Source: Flavobacteriales bacterium | GTDB lineage: Bacteria > Bacteroidota > Bacteroidia > Flavobacteriales_F > PHOS-HE28 | Length of the DNA: 64,000 nucleotides | Direction: 5' to 3' | Assembly (NCBI GenBank): GCA_016788295.1 | Contig: JAEUSY010000013.1 | Coordinates: forward strand, 1,862-65,861 | Shown: one piece after another, positions 46,172 through 56,447 of the stretch | Position numbering within the stretch: position 1 is the stretch's first letter | How the letters are laid out: each line of letters starts with the position of its first letter | Translations under genes and position numbers: made by a program | Notes under the pieces: generated by a model | What the model was told of the DNA's origin: nothing | The model's input: the letters and a program-made list of their open reading frames with translations, nothing else | The model's database searches: none

Positions 46172-47884
46172 TCAGAAGGCGTACGTGGCCCCGCCCATCA
46201 ACAGCGAACGCTGCACCGGGTGCTTGTACCAGCGCTCATACTTGCTGGCGCTGAGGTTGCTGAGGTCCATGAACAGACTGAGGCGCTTGTTGTAACGGTA
46301 CTCGATACCCAGGTACAGGTCGAGGAAACCGTCCAGGTCAACCTGCTGTACAGGGTCCACGAGCTCTCCGTTCTCCAAGGGGCCGGCCACCCGGTAGGCC
46401 GGGCGCTTGCCCAGGAACTGGGCCTCGGCCTTCAGGATCAGCTTGCTGCGCATATCGTACCGCGCCATGAAGGAAAGTGCGTAGGGGGGTAGGTTCCACG
46501 CCTCCTGCTGCACTTTGGTGGCGTAGGAGTACACGTCCAACCGGGCGGTAAGCGACAATTGCTCGCTCTTGCGGTAGTTCAGTTCGCCGCTCAGGTCCAG
46601 GACATCCACCTCGTCATAAACCACGTCCATGCGGTCTCCGAAGGGCTTGTTGGGCACGCTCACGTAAAGCGGCATGTCCTCTGTGCGACGCTTGCTCACA
46701 CGCACATCGAAGCCCAGGTCGCTGCTGAAGCTGCCGCGCAGACCGGCATAGGCATCGTACATTTTACTGGAGTTGCGCAGACGCGGGGCCCCGGTAAGCC
46801 AGGGGTTCTCGCGCGTGAGGCTGCGGAAGCTGTTCCGTTGGCGCTCGCCCTCCAGACCCACATAAGGCACCAGGATGTTGTCGAACAGGCTGTAGTGCGC
46901 GTACACCTTGGGGAAGAAGTGGAAGGTGGTCTCGCCCTGCGAATCGATGTACATGCCTGCACCAACGCGGATCATGTACGGCGCTTTCCCGGTGCTTACC
47001 ATGGGCGTAAGGCCGATCAGCGTTCCGTTCTGCCTGAACTCGCCCAAGGCATCGCCCAGGTTGCCCAGGTAAGCGTTGTTATCGATCAGCAGATCGCCGC
47101 TGTAGGTCTCGCTGCCCTCGGTCTTGCTCACCGTGGCGTTCACACGCATGTTGGTCTCGCGGCTCTTGCTGAGGTTGCTGTAGCTATGCACTTCCAAGGC
47201 CACATCGTGCGCAATCTTTGAACTGTCGGTGTACAGGCTGCGCAAGCGGCCCGCGAAACCCAGGTCGTTGTAGATCTGTTTGCGGTAGTCCTCCGGCGCT
47301 TCAAGGGCGTTCAGGGCATCCTCAATGCTATCGTTGCTGGCATAGCCGTAGTAGTTGATCCGGCGACGGTCGTAGATGAACCTTCCCGATGCCTCGTGGT
47401 CCGGCAGGAAGTGCTTGTAGAACGCATCCACGTTATTGTAGCCGTAATCGCTGGGCCCCACGTCGTCCAAGCCACCGTTACTGCTGAAGTGCTTCAGGTG
47501 AAGGCCGAACCCGTTCTTGCGCGACCGGGTCTGGTCGTAATAGAGCTCCCCGAGCGGGGTGGTGTACAGACCGAAGCCTGCTTTCACATAGCCCTTGTAC
47601 AGCCGCGATTGCGGTGACATTACGCTCAGCTTGGCGGGAGCTATGCTGTCCACCTTGGCCGGGATCTCCGCCTTGGTCGGCAACAGTTCGTAGCGCACCG
47701 GCAGCTCGGGCAGAATGGTATCAATGGGCTCTGGGCGCAGATCGATCTTCGTTGCGTCCTTCAAGGTGGGGCTGTAGATGCCCTGTACCACGTACTCGTT
47801 ACCGGGGGTGGTCACCTGGGCCGAAGCGACCGCGGACAAGAGGCCCGCGGCCAGGATGAGGATGTTCTTCTTCATGGCGTTCAC
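46172..47884 (-). CDS. Putative outer-membrane beta-barrel protein
   Basis: Signal peptide MKKNILILAAGLLSAVASAQ. Alternating amphipathic beta-strand pattern. C-terminal aromatic residue (…GGATYAF). Confidence 0.55.
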   Translation of the reverse strand: MNAMKKNILILAAGLLSAVASAQVTTPGNEYVVQGIYSPTLKDATKIDLRPEPIDTILPELPVRYELLPTKAEIPAKVDSIAPAKLSVMSPQSRLYKGYVKAGFGLYTTPLGELYYDQTRSRKNGFGLHLKHFSSNGGLDDVGPSDYGYNNVDAFYKHFLPDHEASGRFIYDRRRINYYGYASNDSIEDALNALEAPEDYRKQIYNDLGFAGRLRSLYTDSSKIAHDVALEVHSYSNLSKSRETNMRVNATVSKTEGSETYSGDLLIDNNAYLGNLGDALGEFRQNGTLIGLTPMVSTGKAPYMIRVGAGMYIDSQGETTFHFFPKVYAHYSLFDNILVPYVGLEGERQRNSFRSLTRENPWLTGAPRLRNSSKMYDAYAGLRGSFSSDLGFDVRVSKRRTEDMPLYVSVPNKPFGDRMDVVYDEVDVLDLSGELNYRKSEQLSLTARLDVYSYATKVQQEAWNLPPYALSFMARYDMRSKLILKAEAQFLGKRPAYRVAGPLENGELVDPVQQVDLDGFLDLYLGIEYRYNKRLSLFMDLSNLSASKYERWYKHPVQRSLLMGGATYAF

Positions 47885-50800
47885 TGGCCGTTGGTGTTAT
47901 CCGGAACGGGCACGATCAGTTCCTCTTGTGGTGCCGGGGTGATCTGCTGTATTTCGCTGGCGTTGATCGCTTCCAGCCGTTGGCGTGCCTGCGCCACCAG
48001 GTCGGGTTCCTGGCAGTGGTCGATCACGCTCTGCAAGGTGGCCTTGGCCTGGAAACGGTCGTTCAATTGCACGTACACATCACCAAGCAGGATGAATGCG
48101 CGTGCCTTCCAGTGGTCATAGCTGGGATAACGCTTCACCAGATCGAAGACCTCCGTTTCGGCCTTGCGGAACTGGCCCTGCAGGTGGCGCACGTAGGCCA
48201 TGTAGTATTTGGCCTCTGCCCCATAGGCATTGGTGCTTCCCGCGCTGATCGCCTTGAACTTGGTGTAGGCCCCTTCGGTGTCGTTGCGTGCCAGCAGTCC
48301 GTTGGCAACCAGAAGGCCTGCCTCGGAACGCATGTCAGCCGTGGCACTGCTGTTGGCGGCCACCTTTTCGGCAGCTACCGCGGCCTCTTCGGCACGGCCC
48401 AGTTCCTTCAGGCAACGCATGGCGCCCACCTGTGCCTTCAACGTGTTCTGCGGCGTACTGGCATAGGTCTCCAGCTTGCGGAAGTGGTCCAAGGCCCCCT
48501 CCCACCGTTTATCCCGGAACAGGATGTCGCTGGCACCGAAGAGGGCATTCTCCATGAAGTCGAGCCCATTGCGCTGGACCACGGCCTCCAGATCGGGCAG
48601 GGCCTGGTCGTACTGTCCGGCGCGGTAGTGACAGTCGCCGCGATAGAACAAGGCATTCAGCGCATAGGCCCCGTTGGGATACTTGTTCAGGTAGTCGCCG
48701 AACGCCCCAATGGCTTGCGGACACTTCTCGTCGAAGTAGAGCTTCTCTGCACTGCGGTAGTACTTCTCGTCCAGGTCCAGCGTGGAGGGGTCCACGAACT
48801 TCAGCCCCCTCACGTAGGCCTCGTATTCGCTCACACGGCCTTGTTCCACGTAGATGCTTTCCAGGCCTGCCAACGCATCACGCGACCCGTCCATCGTCGG
48901 ATACTCAGCAACAATGGCCTTGAAGCCCGCAATGGCCTGGTCCACCCGGCCCTGACGCTTGTGGATGAGCGCCATTTGCAGCATGGCCTGGCGAACGTGC
49001 GGGCTTTTTGCATGCTGTGTGGTCACCTGCTCGTAGTAGCGCATGGCCTCGGCATCGTTCTCCAGGTTGATGTAGGTCTCACCCAGTTGGAACTTGGCAT
49101 CAGCGGCGTAGCGCGAATCAGGCTTTTCGGCGAGCAGCGCTTTCAGCGTGGTGATCTTCTCGTTGAACTGGCGCTGCAGGCCCTGGCAAACGCCTTTCTG
49201 GTACATGGCGTAATCGCGATCGGGCGATCCAGTGCGCATGGCATCATCGTACCACTTCACGGCCTGCGCATTGTCCTTCATCACGAAGTAGCAATCACCC
49301 ACACGCAGCATGGCATCGGCGCGTTGGCGCGATTCGCCCTTCCTGGCCCCAACATACCTGCGGAACGCCGTTGCGGCCTCGTCGTACTGCTTCAGCTTGA
49401 AGAAGGTGTAGCCCATGCCATAGCCGGCCTGTTCGTACAGTTCCGTGCTGTAGGCACCCGGCGAATTACGGAGGTCGTCGTACTTGCGTAGTGCGGCCGG
49501 CAGGTCGTTCTGGCCGTAGTAGCTCTCGGCCATCCAGAAGTGGGCACGGGCGTTCACCTGCTGGTTCACGGGGTATTTCAGCGCCCGCTCGAAGAACAGT
49601 GCGGCATCGGCGTACTTGCGGCCTTCATACAGTTCCACACCACGGTCGTAGGCCAGTTTCTGGTAGGCCTCGCGCAGGCGCAGGTCCTTGTTCTTGATCT
49701 CGTCCAGCGCGGCCAAGGCGTCCTCGTAGTTCTTGGTGCGCAGGTACACGTTCAGCAGGAACTCATAGGCCTCGTCCTTGCGCGGGGTATCGGGGTAGGT
49801 GCGCAGGTAGTTGCGCAGGGCGTTGATAGCCTCGTGGTAGGGGTCGAAGCTCAGCTCGTAGCTCAGCTTGGCGTAGTTGAAGAGCGCGTCCTCCTTGACT
49901 TTCGGGTCCTTGCCAATGTCGAAGGCCCGCTTGAAGGCATTGCGGGCGTAGTTCTTCTCGTTCAGCTTCAGGTAGCAGTCGGCCATGTGGTAGGTGGCCA
50001 GTTGCGCAATGCTGTCCTCTCCGGTGGCCACCAGGTTGAACTCGGCCAAGGCCTTGGTGCAATCGCCGGTGCGGTAGTAGGTGTAGCCCAGGATGTAGCG
50101 ATCACCGCGCTCAACACCCACTCGCTGTGCGCTCTTTTGCAGGTAGGGCAGTGCTTCGGCATAGTTGCCGCGCCGGTAGTTGGCCTCGCCCGCAAGGCGA
50201 TTGATCTCGTTGATGCGCTTGGTGCCCGAGGGGTCTTCGAGCAGGGGCTTCACGTAGTCGTTCAGCTCATCGTACTTGCCCTGCAGGAAGAGGACCTCGG
50301 CGATGTAGATAGGCACCACCTTCCCGAAGTTCTCATCCTTCTCCAGTGCGCGGAACCCGGTGAGCGCCGTTTCGTAATGGCCACGCTCGTAGTGGATGTG
50401 CGAAGCGTAGTACTTCGACGGCACGGCATAGGGCCCGGTCCCGTTCTGCACCTCAGCGAACTCGCCCAAGGCGCGATCGGGGTCCTGCTCCTGGAAGAAC
50501 GCATAGCCGCGCTTGAAGCGGTATTCCTCCAGGTCCGAGGGCGAAAGGCTGAAACGGTCCACCTGATCGCTCCAGGCCAGGGCATCCTTCCATCTCTTCT
50601 GCGAGAAGGTGTGCTTGAACAGCTCGAACCGCACGGCGCCCACGTGCAGGTCCTCAGGGTGCTCGGCAATGAAGGTGAGCAAGCGGTAACCGGCGTCATC
50701 GTTGAACAAGCGCACAGCACAGAGGGCGCTGTAGAACTCGGCCTCCACGCGTGTGGGATCATTGCGGTCGCTGATGCGCGCCACCACTTGCGCCAGTTCA

Positions 50801-51000
50801 TACTGGGCGGCGCCGTATTTGGCCTTGCTGAACAGGTCCATGGCGTTGGCCATGTCGGCGTTGCGGTGCTCGTAGTGGGCGGGGCGCTGGGCCAGCACAC
50901 CCGTGAAGAGCAGCAGGGCCATGGGCAGGGCCAGCAGCACGCGTTGGTGCATCATCGGAAAAGGGGTCTTCATCAAGTGGTCAAAGTTCTTGGGGGCCAT
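47881..51000 (-). CDS. Large tetratricopeptide-repeat (TPR) protein
   Basis: 1039 aa with a signal peptide. More than 15 TPR-like 34-aa units with the W-LG-Y/A-G-Y-A-F pattern throughout. Confidence 0.75.
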   Translation of the reverse strand: MAPKNFDHLMKTPFPMMHQRVLLALPMALLLFTGVLAQRPAHYEHRNADMANAMDLFSKAKYGAAQYELAQVVARISDRNDPTRVEAEFYSALCAVRLFNDDAGYRLLTFIAEHPEDLHVGAVRFELFKHTFSQKRWKDALAWSDQVDRFSLSPSDLEEYRFKRGYAFFQEQDPDRALGEFAEVQNGTGPYAVPSKYYASHIHYERGHYETALTGFRALEKDENFGKVVPIYIAEVLFLQGKYDELNDYVKPLLEDPSGTKRINEINRLAGEANYRRGNYAEALPYLQKSAQRVGVERGDRYILGYTYYRTGDCTKALAEFNLVATGEDSIAQLATYHMADCYLKLNEKNYARNAFKRAFDIGKDPKVKEDALFNYAKLSYELSFDPYHEAINALRNYLRTYPDTPRKDEAYEFLLNVYLRTKNYEDALAALDEIKNKDLRLREAYQKLAYDRGVELYEGRKYADAALFFERALKYPVNQQVNARAHFWMAESYYGQNDLPAALRKYDDLRNSPGAYSTELYEQAGYGMGYTFFKLKQYDEAATAFRRYVGARKGESRQRADAMLRVGDCYFVMKDNAQAVKWYDDAMRTGSPDRDYAMYQKGVCQGLQRQFNEKITTLKALLAEKPDSRYAADAKFQLGETYINLENDAEAMRYYEQVTTQHAKSPHVRQAMLQMALIHKRQGRVDQAIAGFKAIVAEYPTMDGSRDALAGLESIYVEQGRVSEYEAYVRGLKFVDPSTLDLDEKYYRSAEKLYFDEKCPQAIGAFGDYLNKYPNGAYALNALFYRGDCHYRAGQYDQALPDLEAVVQRNGLDFMENALFGASDILFRDKRWEGALDHFRKLETYASTPQNTLKAQVGAMRCLKELGRAEEAAVAAEKVAANSSATADMRSEAGLLVANGLLARNDTEGAYTKFKAISAGSTNAYGAEAKYYMAYVRHLQGQFRKAETEVFDLVKRYPSYDHWKARAFILLGDVYVQLNDRFQAKATLQSVIDHCQEPDLVAQARQRLEAINASEIQQITPAPQEELIVPVPDNTNGQ

Positions 51001-51166
51001 GGCCGGGGGCCGGTGGCTGGCGGTCTACTTATCCACGCGCGCGTGTTCACCTGGCGCAGGGCGGGCGGAAGCACACCAGCACCGTGCCGAAGTCGATAAC
51101 GCGGGCCATCCTTCGGGAATTATGACCTTTGGACCGAGGCGCACCGGAAGCGCGTTGTAACGGACC

Positions 51167-51856
<690 letters not shown>

Positions 51857-51887
51857 GTTGAAGTTGGCGAGTGCGGCTCGTCAGATA

Positions 51888-53051
51888 TCAGCCCAACAAC
51901 TCCACGATCCGCTCGGCATTACGGCGGTTGCTGAAGCGCTGCTCCAGCACTTCGGCGCGGCGTTCCAAGGCCTGTCCGTTGGCGGGCTTGCCCATGCAGG
52001 CCAGTATGCTCGTGCGCATGCCCTCGGGATCATCGTGCACATGGCACAGTTCGGCCAGTCCGGTGCCTTCCACCATGGGCGTGTTGCACACCACATGGCG
52101 GCCTGCGAACAGGCAGAGCAACAACTTCAACTTGATGCCCGTGGCCTGGAAGGAGGGCAACACGTTCACCTGTGCTTCGCGCACCAGGCGATGTATCTCT
52201 TCCGTATCGATGTTCTCACGCAGTTGCACGTTGGCGGTGCGGGCCACCTCGCGGCGCAGTTCGCTGCTGGCATCGCTACCGGCGATCACCAACCTCACCG
52301 GCAGGCCCTTGAAGACCTTGCGGACCAGGAAGAGCGCCGCCTGGTCGTTCTCCGGAACACCCAGCGCGCCATGGTAAAAGGCGAAATCGCCCAAGCCACT
52401 GGGCACGGCCACCTGGTCCATGGCATGGAAGGCCGGGATGTGCACCACATGGTGAAAGTGCGAGCCGAAATAGGCCTCGTCCTTGGGCGAAATGGCCAGC
52501 ACGTGATCGGCCTCGGCCAGCACAGGCTCGAAGCGTTGCAGTTTGTGCGCCTCGTTGATGAAGTAGGTGCGCCGGAACGTGCTGGTGGCGGCCTTCGCCA
52601 AAGCGCCGTAGTAATCGTGCTCCACATTGTGGGCACGCACCAACCGAGTGCGTCCGTGCAACCGCGGATCGCCAAGGGCATAACAACAGTGCAGGCCCTC
52701 GAACAGGATCGGATGGTCGTCCTTCAAGAGCCGTTCCATCATCGGCTCGCTGCGGCGGCTCACCACCACATAGGGCAGGCTGTTCAGTAGCTGCAACTTC
52801 CCCGTGCGGCGCGGGTAGTAGTGAACGCTGGCGCATAGGGCCTCCAGGTCCTTGGCCTTGGGGCGGCCATATTGGAAACAGTGTAGGTGCACCTTCACGC
52901 CCAGGTCGGCCAGGGCCTTCACCTTGTAGTACACATCGATCACCCCGCCATAGCTGGGCGGCGAAGGGACATCGAAGCTGACGATATGCAGGTGGCGATC
53001 AACCAATGCTCTGGAACAGGGCCGATAGCACGGCCTTTTCGCGCTCGCCAT
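51888..53051 (-). CDS. Glycosyltransferase (GT-B fold)
   Basis: GT-B family organisation. C-terminal region ...VRLVIAGSD... The true start is probably internal, near 53006 (TTG or GTG), and overlaps the stop of the upstream glycosyltransferase gene. Confidence 0.7.
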   Translation of the reverse strand: MASAKRPCYRPCSRALVDRHLHIVSFDVPSPPSYGGVIDVYYKVKALADLGVKVHLHCFQYGRPKAKDLEALCASVHYYPRRTGKLQLLNSLPYVVVSRRSEPMMERLLKDDHPILFEGLHCCYALGDPRLHGRTRLVRAHNVEHDYYGALAKAATSTFRRTYFINEAHKLQRFEPVLAEADHVLAISPKDEAYFGSHFHHVVHIPAFHAMDQVAVPSGLGDFAFYHGALGVPENDQAALFLVRKVFKGLPVRLVIAGSDASSELRREVARTANVQLRENIDTEEIHRLVREAQVNVLPSFQATGIKLKLLLCLFAGRHVVCNTPMVEGTGLAELCHVHDDPEGMRTSILACMGKPANGQALERRAEVLEQRFSNRRNAERIVELLG

Positions 53052-54108
53052 CCAGCGAAGCGGCCGCGAAAATAGCGTTTTGGCGCAGGGCCTTCCGACG
53101 TTCGGGATCGGCCTGCAGTGCCCTTACCTCGGCGGCAATGCGCGCGGGATCTGGCGCAGGCAGCACCACCCCGGCATCAAAACGCCGAACAATGCCCGCC
53201 ACTTCGGGCAGGTCGGTGACCAGCGCGGGAATGTGTGCCCGGAAATAATCGAACAGCTTGTTGGGCAGGCTGTAGCGGTAGTTCAGGTTGGTGTCCTTGT
53301 CCAGCGACAACCCCAGATCGGCGTTGCGCGTGTACTGCATCATGCGCTCGTAGGGCATGCGGGGCAACAGGCGCACGCGGTCCTGCAGTCCGTGCTCGTT
53401 CACCAAACGCTCCAGCACAGGCCACGCATCGCCACCACCCACCAGCAAGAGCAGGCTGTCGGGCAGTTCGCGCATGGCCAGCACCGCCTCTTCCGCCCCG
53501 CGTTGCACATTGATGCCACTGCCCTGCAGGATCAGCAGGAAGCGGTCGGCAGGCAGGTCCAGTTCGGTGCGCGAAGGCAAGGGACCGAGCTCTCGGTGCA
53601 TTGGGATGTTGCGCACCACGGTGATAGCGTTACCGTAGCGTTGCCGGTATTCTCGCGCAATGCTGTCGTTCACGGTGATCACGTGCCGCAGCTTCGGGAA
53701 GATCCACCGCTCGATTGCTAGCCAGACGCGGCGCACGGCGCGCCCCTGTAGTTCGGGCACCTCGGTGAAGAACTCGTGGCTGTCGTACACCAGTTCGGCC
53801 TTGGTCCTGCGCATTGCAAGGTGGGCCGCGAGCAGGGTGTCCAGGTCATTGGCCACCACCAGGTCGGCGTGTTGGCGTAGTAGCAGGAAGAACAGGCGGA
53901 GATTGTATTCCGCATAGAACAACGCTCCCTTGCGGAACCACAACTTCATGCGGAGCGTGCCATAGGGCCTTTGCAGCGGAAGGCTTCCCGGCAGTTCACG
54001 CCCCACCAGCAGCACCTCCCACCCCAGCTCGCGCAATACCGCGCAGGTGCGGTGTACCCGGTTGTCGGTACTGAGGTCGTTGGTGACACAGACTATGGCG
54101 CGGTGCAT
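52999..54108 (-). CDS. Glycosyltransferase family 4 / group 1
   Basis: N-terminal MHRAIVCVTNDLSTDNRVHRT. C-terminal GT1 core (LLLVGGGDAWPVLE...LPNKLFDYFRAHIPALVTDLPE). Confidence 0.8.
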   Translation of the reverse strand: MHRAIVCVTNDLSTDNRVHRTCAVLRELGWEVLLVGRELPGSLPLQRPYGTLRMKLWFRKGALFYAEYNLRLFFLLLRQHADLVVANDLDTLLAAHLAMRRTKAELVYDSHEFFTEVPELQGRAVRRVWLAIERWIFPKLRHVITVNDSIAREYRQRYGNAITVVRNIPMHRELGPLPSRTELDLPADRFLLILQGSGINVQRGAEEAVLAMRELPDSLLLLVGGGDAWPVLERLVNEHGLQDRVRLLPRMPYERMMQYTRNADLGLSLDKDTNLNYRYSLPNKLFDYFRAHIPALVTDLPEVAGIVRRFDAGVVLPAPDPARIAAEVRALQADPERRKALRQNAIFAAASLDGEREKAVLSALFQSIG

Positions 54109-54179
54109 GGCTATCCTCGTGCTGCTGTGTACAAGACACGGCGGCGGGCGGTGAAAGTACAGGACGGCTGCCGGTAAAC

Positions 54180-55220
54180 TTGCCCCGCACGACCATGGCC
54201 ATGCACATCATCCGGAACGCCGACCTTCATCCGTTCAACACCTTCGGCGTGCATGCACAGGCCGATGCGCTGGCACGTTTCAGCGATGTGGACCAACTAC
54301 GCACGCTACTGGCCGCGCCAGAATTGGCAGGCATGCCGCGCCTGTTCCTGGGTGGTGGCAGCAACGTGCTGTTCACCCGAAACTGGCCGGGCGTGGTGCT
54401 GCTGAACGAGATCCCCGGCATCGCCATGGAAGCGGAGGATGAGCACCATGTACTGGTGAAGGCCGGTGCGGGTGTACCCTGGCACCAGTTCGTGCTGCAT
54501 TGTGTGGACCATGGCTGGGGTGGCGTGGAGAACCTGAGCCTGATCCCCGGCAAGGTGGGCGCTGCGCCCATGCAGAACATCGGGGCCTACGGCGTGGAGA
54601 TAAAGGACTCCTTCCATTCACTGGAAGCCTTGCGCATCAGCGATGGCACGATGGTCACCTTTGATCGAGAGGCCTGCCACTTCGGCTACCGCGAGAGCTT
54701 CTTCAAGTGCGAAGGGCGCGATCGGTTCGTGATCCTGTCGGTCACGTTCAAGCTGAACAAAGCGCCGCATGTGCTGAACACGAGCTACGGCAACATCCAG
54801 CAGGAACTGGACCGACAGGGCATTTCCACGCCCACCATCAAGGACGTCAGCAATGCCGTGATCGCCATTCGCCGCAGCAAACTACCCGACCCGGCCGTAT
54901 TGGGGAATGCAGGCAGCTTCTTCAAGAATCCCGTTGTGCCCGCTGAATTGGCGGAAAGATTGAAAGAGATGCATCCGGACATGCCCTCCTACCCGGCGGG
55001 TGATGGCCAGGTGAAGCTGGCCGCGGGCTGGCTGATCGAACATGCCGGCTGGAAAGGACACCGCGCCGACCACCACGGCGTACACGACAAACAAGCGTTG
55101 GTGCTGGTGAACCACGGCGGCGCCACCGGGCAGGCCATTTACGTCCTGAGCGAACAGGTGCTCCGCAGCGTACACGAGCGGTTCGGGGTGGAACTGGAGC
55201 GAGAGGTGAACATCCTCTGA
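54180..55220 (+). CDS. murB: UDP-N-acetylenolpyruvoylglucosamine reductase
   Basis: FAD-binding N-terminus (RLFLGGGSNVLF). MurB C-terminal domain. 346 aa. Confidence 0.9.
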   Translation: MPRTTMAMHIIRNADLHPFNTFGVHAQADALARFSDVDQLRTLLAAPELAGMPRLFLGGGSNVLFTRNWPGVVLLNEIPGIAMEAEDEHHVLVKAGAGVPWHQFVLHCVDHGWGGVENLSLIPGKVGAAPMQNIGAYGVEIKDSFHSLEALRISDGTMVTFDREACHFGYRESFFKCEGRDRFVILSVTFKLNKAPHVLNTSYGNIQQELDRQGISTPTIKDVSNAVIAIRRSKLPDPAVLGNAGSFFKNPVVPAELAERLKEMHPDMPSYPAGDGQVKLAAGWLIEHAGWKGHRADHHGVHDKQALVLVNHGGATGQAIYVLSEQVLRSVHERFGVELEREVNIL

Positions 55221-55257
55221 TCCGCCGGGGAACGGCATTCCAAGGAACAAGGCGATC

Positions 55258-56388
55258 GTGCGCATGGGCGAGCACTTCCGTGGGGAAGCGATGCCGATAT
55301 TCGCCAGCATGTCGTGGACACGTACCGCACCGCTCCTTCTCTGCGCCGTGGTGGCCTTGAACGCCTGCCGCAAAGATGCCAGCAGCGATACCGACCAGAC
55401 AGGCGGACCCACAGGCCCCACGCCGCTCACGCTGCAAGTGCCCTCGTGGTCGGTGGATACAGCGCATGCGCTGAACCTGCCCTACGATAATCCGCTAACG
55501 GTGGAGGGCGTTGCGCTGGGCCGCAAATTGTTCTACGAAAAAGCACTATCGAACGACTTCAGCATGTCGTGTGCCACCTGCCACAGGCAGGAGAACGCCT
55601 TCAGCGACCCGCGGCAATTCTCAGTGGGCACCGATGGCAGCCTGGGACGCAGGCAGGGCATGGCCATCATCAACACGGCCTGGGACCACTTTTTTTTCTG
55701 GGATGCACGCGCGTTCAGCCTCGAACTACAAGCCTTTGGACCGGTGAGCAACCCCATTGAAATGGCGAACAGCTGGCCGGTGGTGGTGCAGCGCCTGCAG
55801 CAGCATCCGGAATATCCGGAATTGTTCCGAAGAGCCTTCGGCAGCGCCACCATCGACAGCCTGCACGTGGCCTACGCCCTGGCGCAGTTCGAGCGGACCT
55901 TGATCTCCTTGAACTCCCGCTTCGACCGTTACTACTACGGAGGCGATGCCACCGCATTGACCGAAGAAGAGGTCCGCGGCAAGGACCTCTTCTTCGGCAG
56001 GGCACACTGCGACAACTGCCACATGCTGCCGCTGTTCCTGGACCACGGCGTGCGCAACATCGGCCTCCCACCCGGACCCGACCAAGGGCTGGCTGAAGTA
56101 TCGGGCATTTCCGACCACCGCGGACGGTTCAAGACAACGACATTGCGCAACATTGAAGTGACAGCGCCTTACATGCACGATGGCCGCTTCGCCACGCTGG
56201 AGGAAGTGGTGGACTTCTACGCCGATGACGTGGTACTGACCACGTCCAACCTGGACCCGCACATGTTCCCGTGGGTGAATGACGAAGTACACCTCAGCGC
56301 GCAGGACCGTCTTGACCTGGTGGCCTTCCTGAAGACCCTGACCGACGAAGGTTTCCTGAACAACCCGGCCTTCAGTGAGCCCCAGTGA
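55258..56388 (+). CDS. Di-heme cytochrome c peroxidase (lipoprotein)
   Basis: Lipobox LNAC. Two heme-binding CxxCH motifs (CATCH, CDNCH). Conserved CCP/MauG-family spacing and PHF/W region. Confidence 0.85.
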   Translation: MRMGEHFRGEAMPIFASMSWTRTAPLLLCAVVALNACRKDASSDTDQTGGPTGPTPLTLQVPSWSVDTAHALNLPYDNPLTVEGVALGRKLFYEKALSNDFSMSCATCHRQENAFSDPRQFSVGTDGSLGRRQGMAIINTAWDHFFFWDARAFSLELQAFGPVSNPIEMANSWPVVVQRLQQHPEYPELFRRAFGSATIDSLHVAYALAQFERTLISLNSRFDRYYYGGDATALTEEEVRGKDLFFGRAHCDNCHMLPLFLDHGVRNIGLPPGPDQGLAEVSGISDHRGRFKTTTLRNIEVTAPYMHDGRFATLEEVVDFYADDVVLTTSNLDPHMFPWVNDEVHLSAQDRLDLVAFLKTLTDEGFLNNPAFSEPQ

Positions 56389-56447
56389 GCAAGAGACCAC
56401 TTCCAACGCTTTCGATCATATTCGCAACCCATATCCCGGACCGCTTC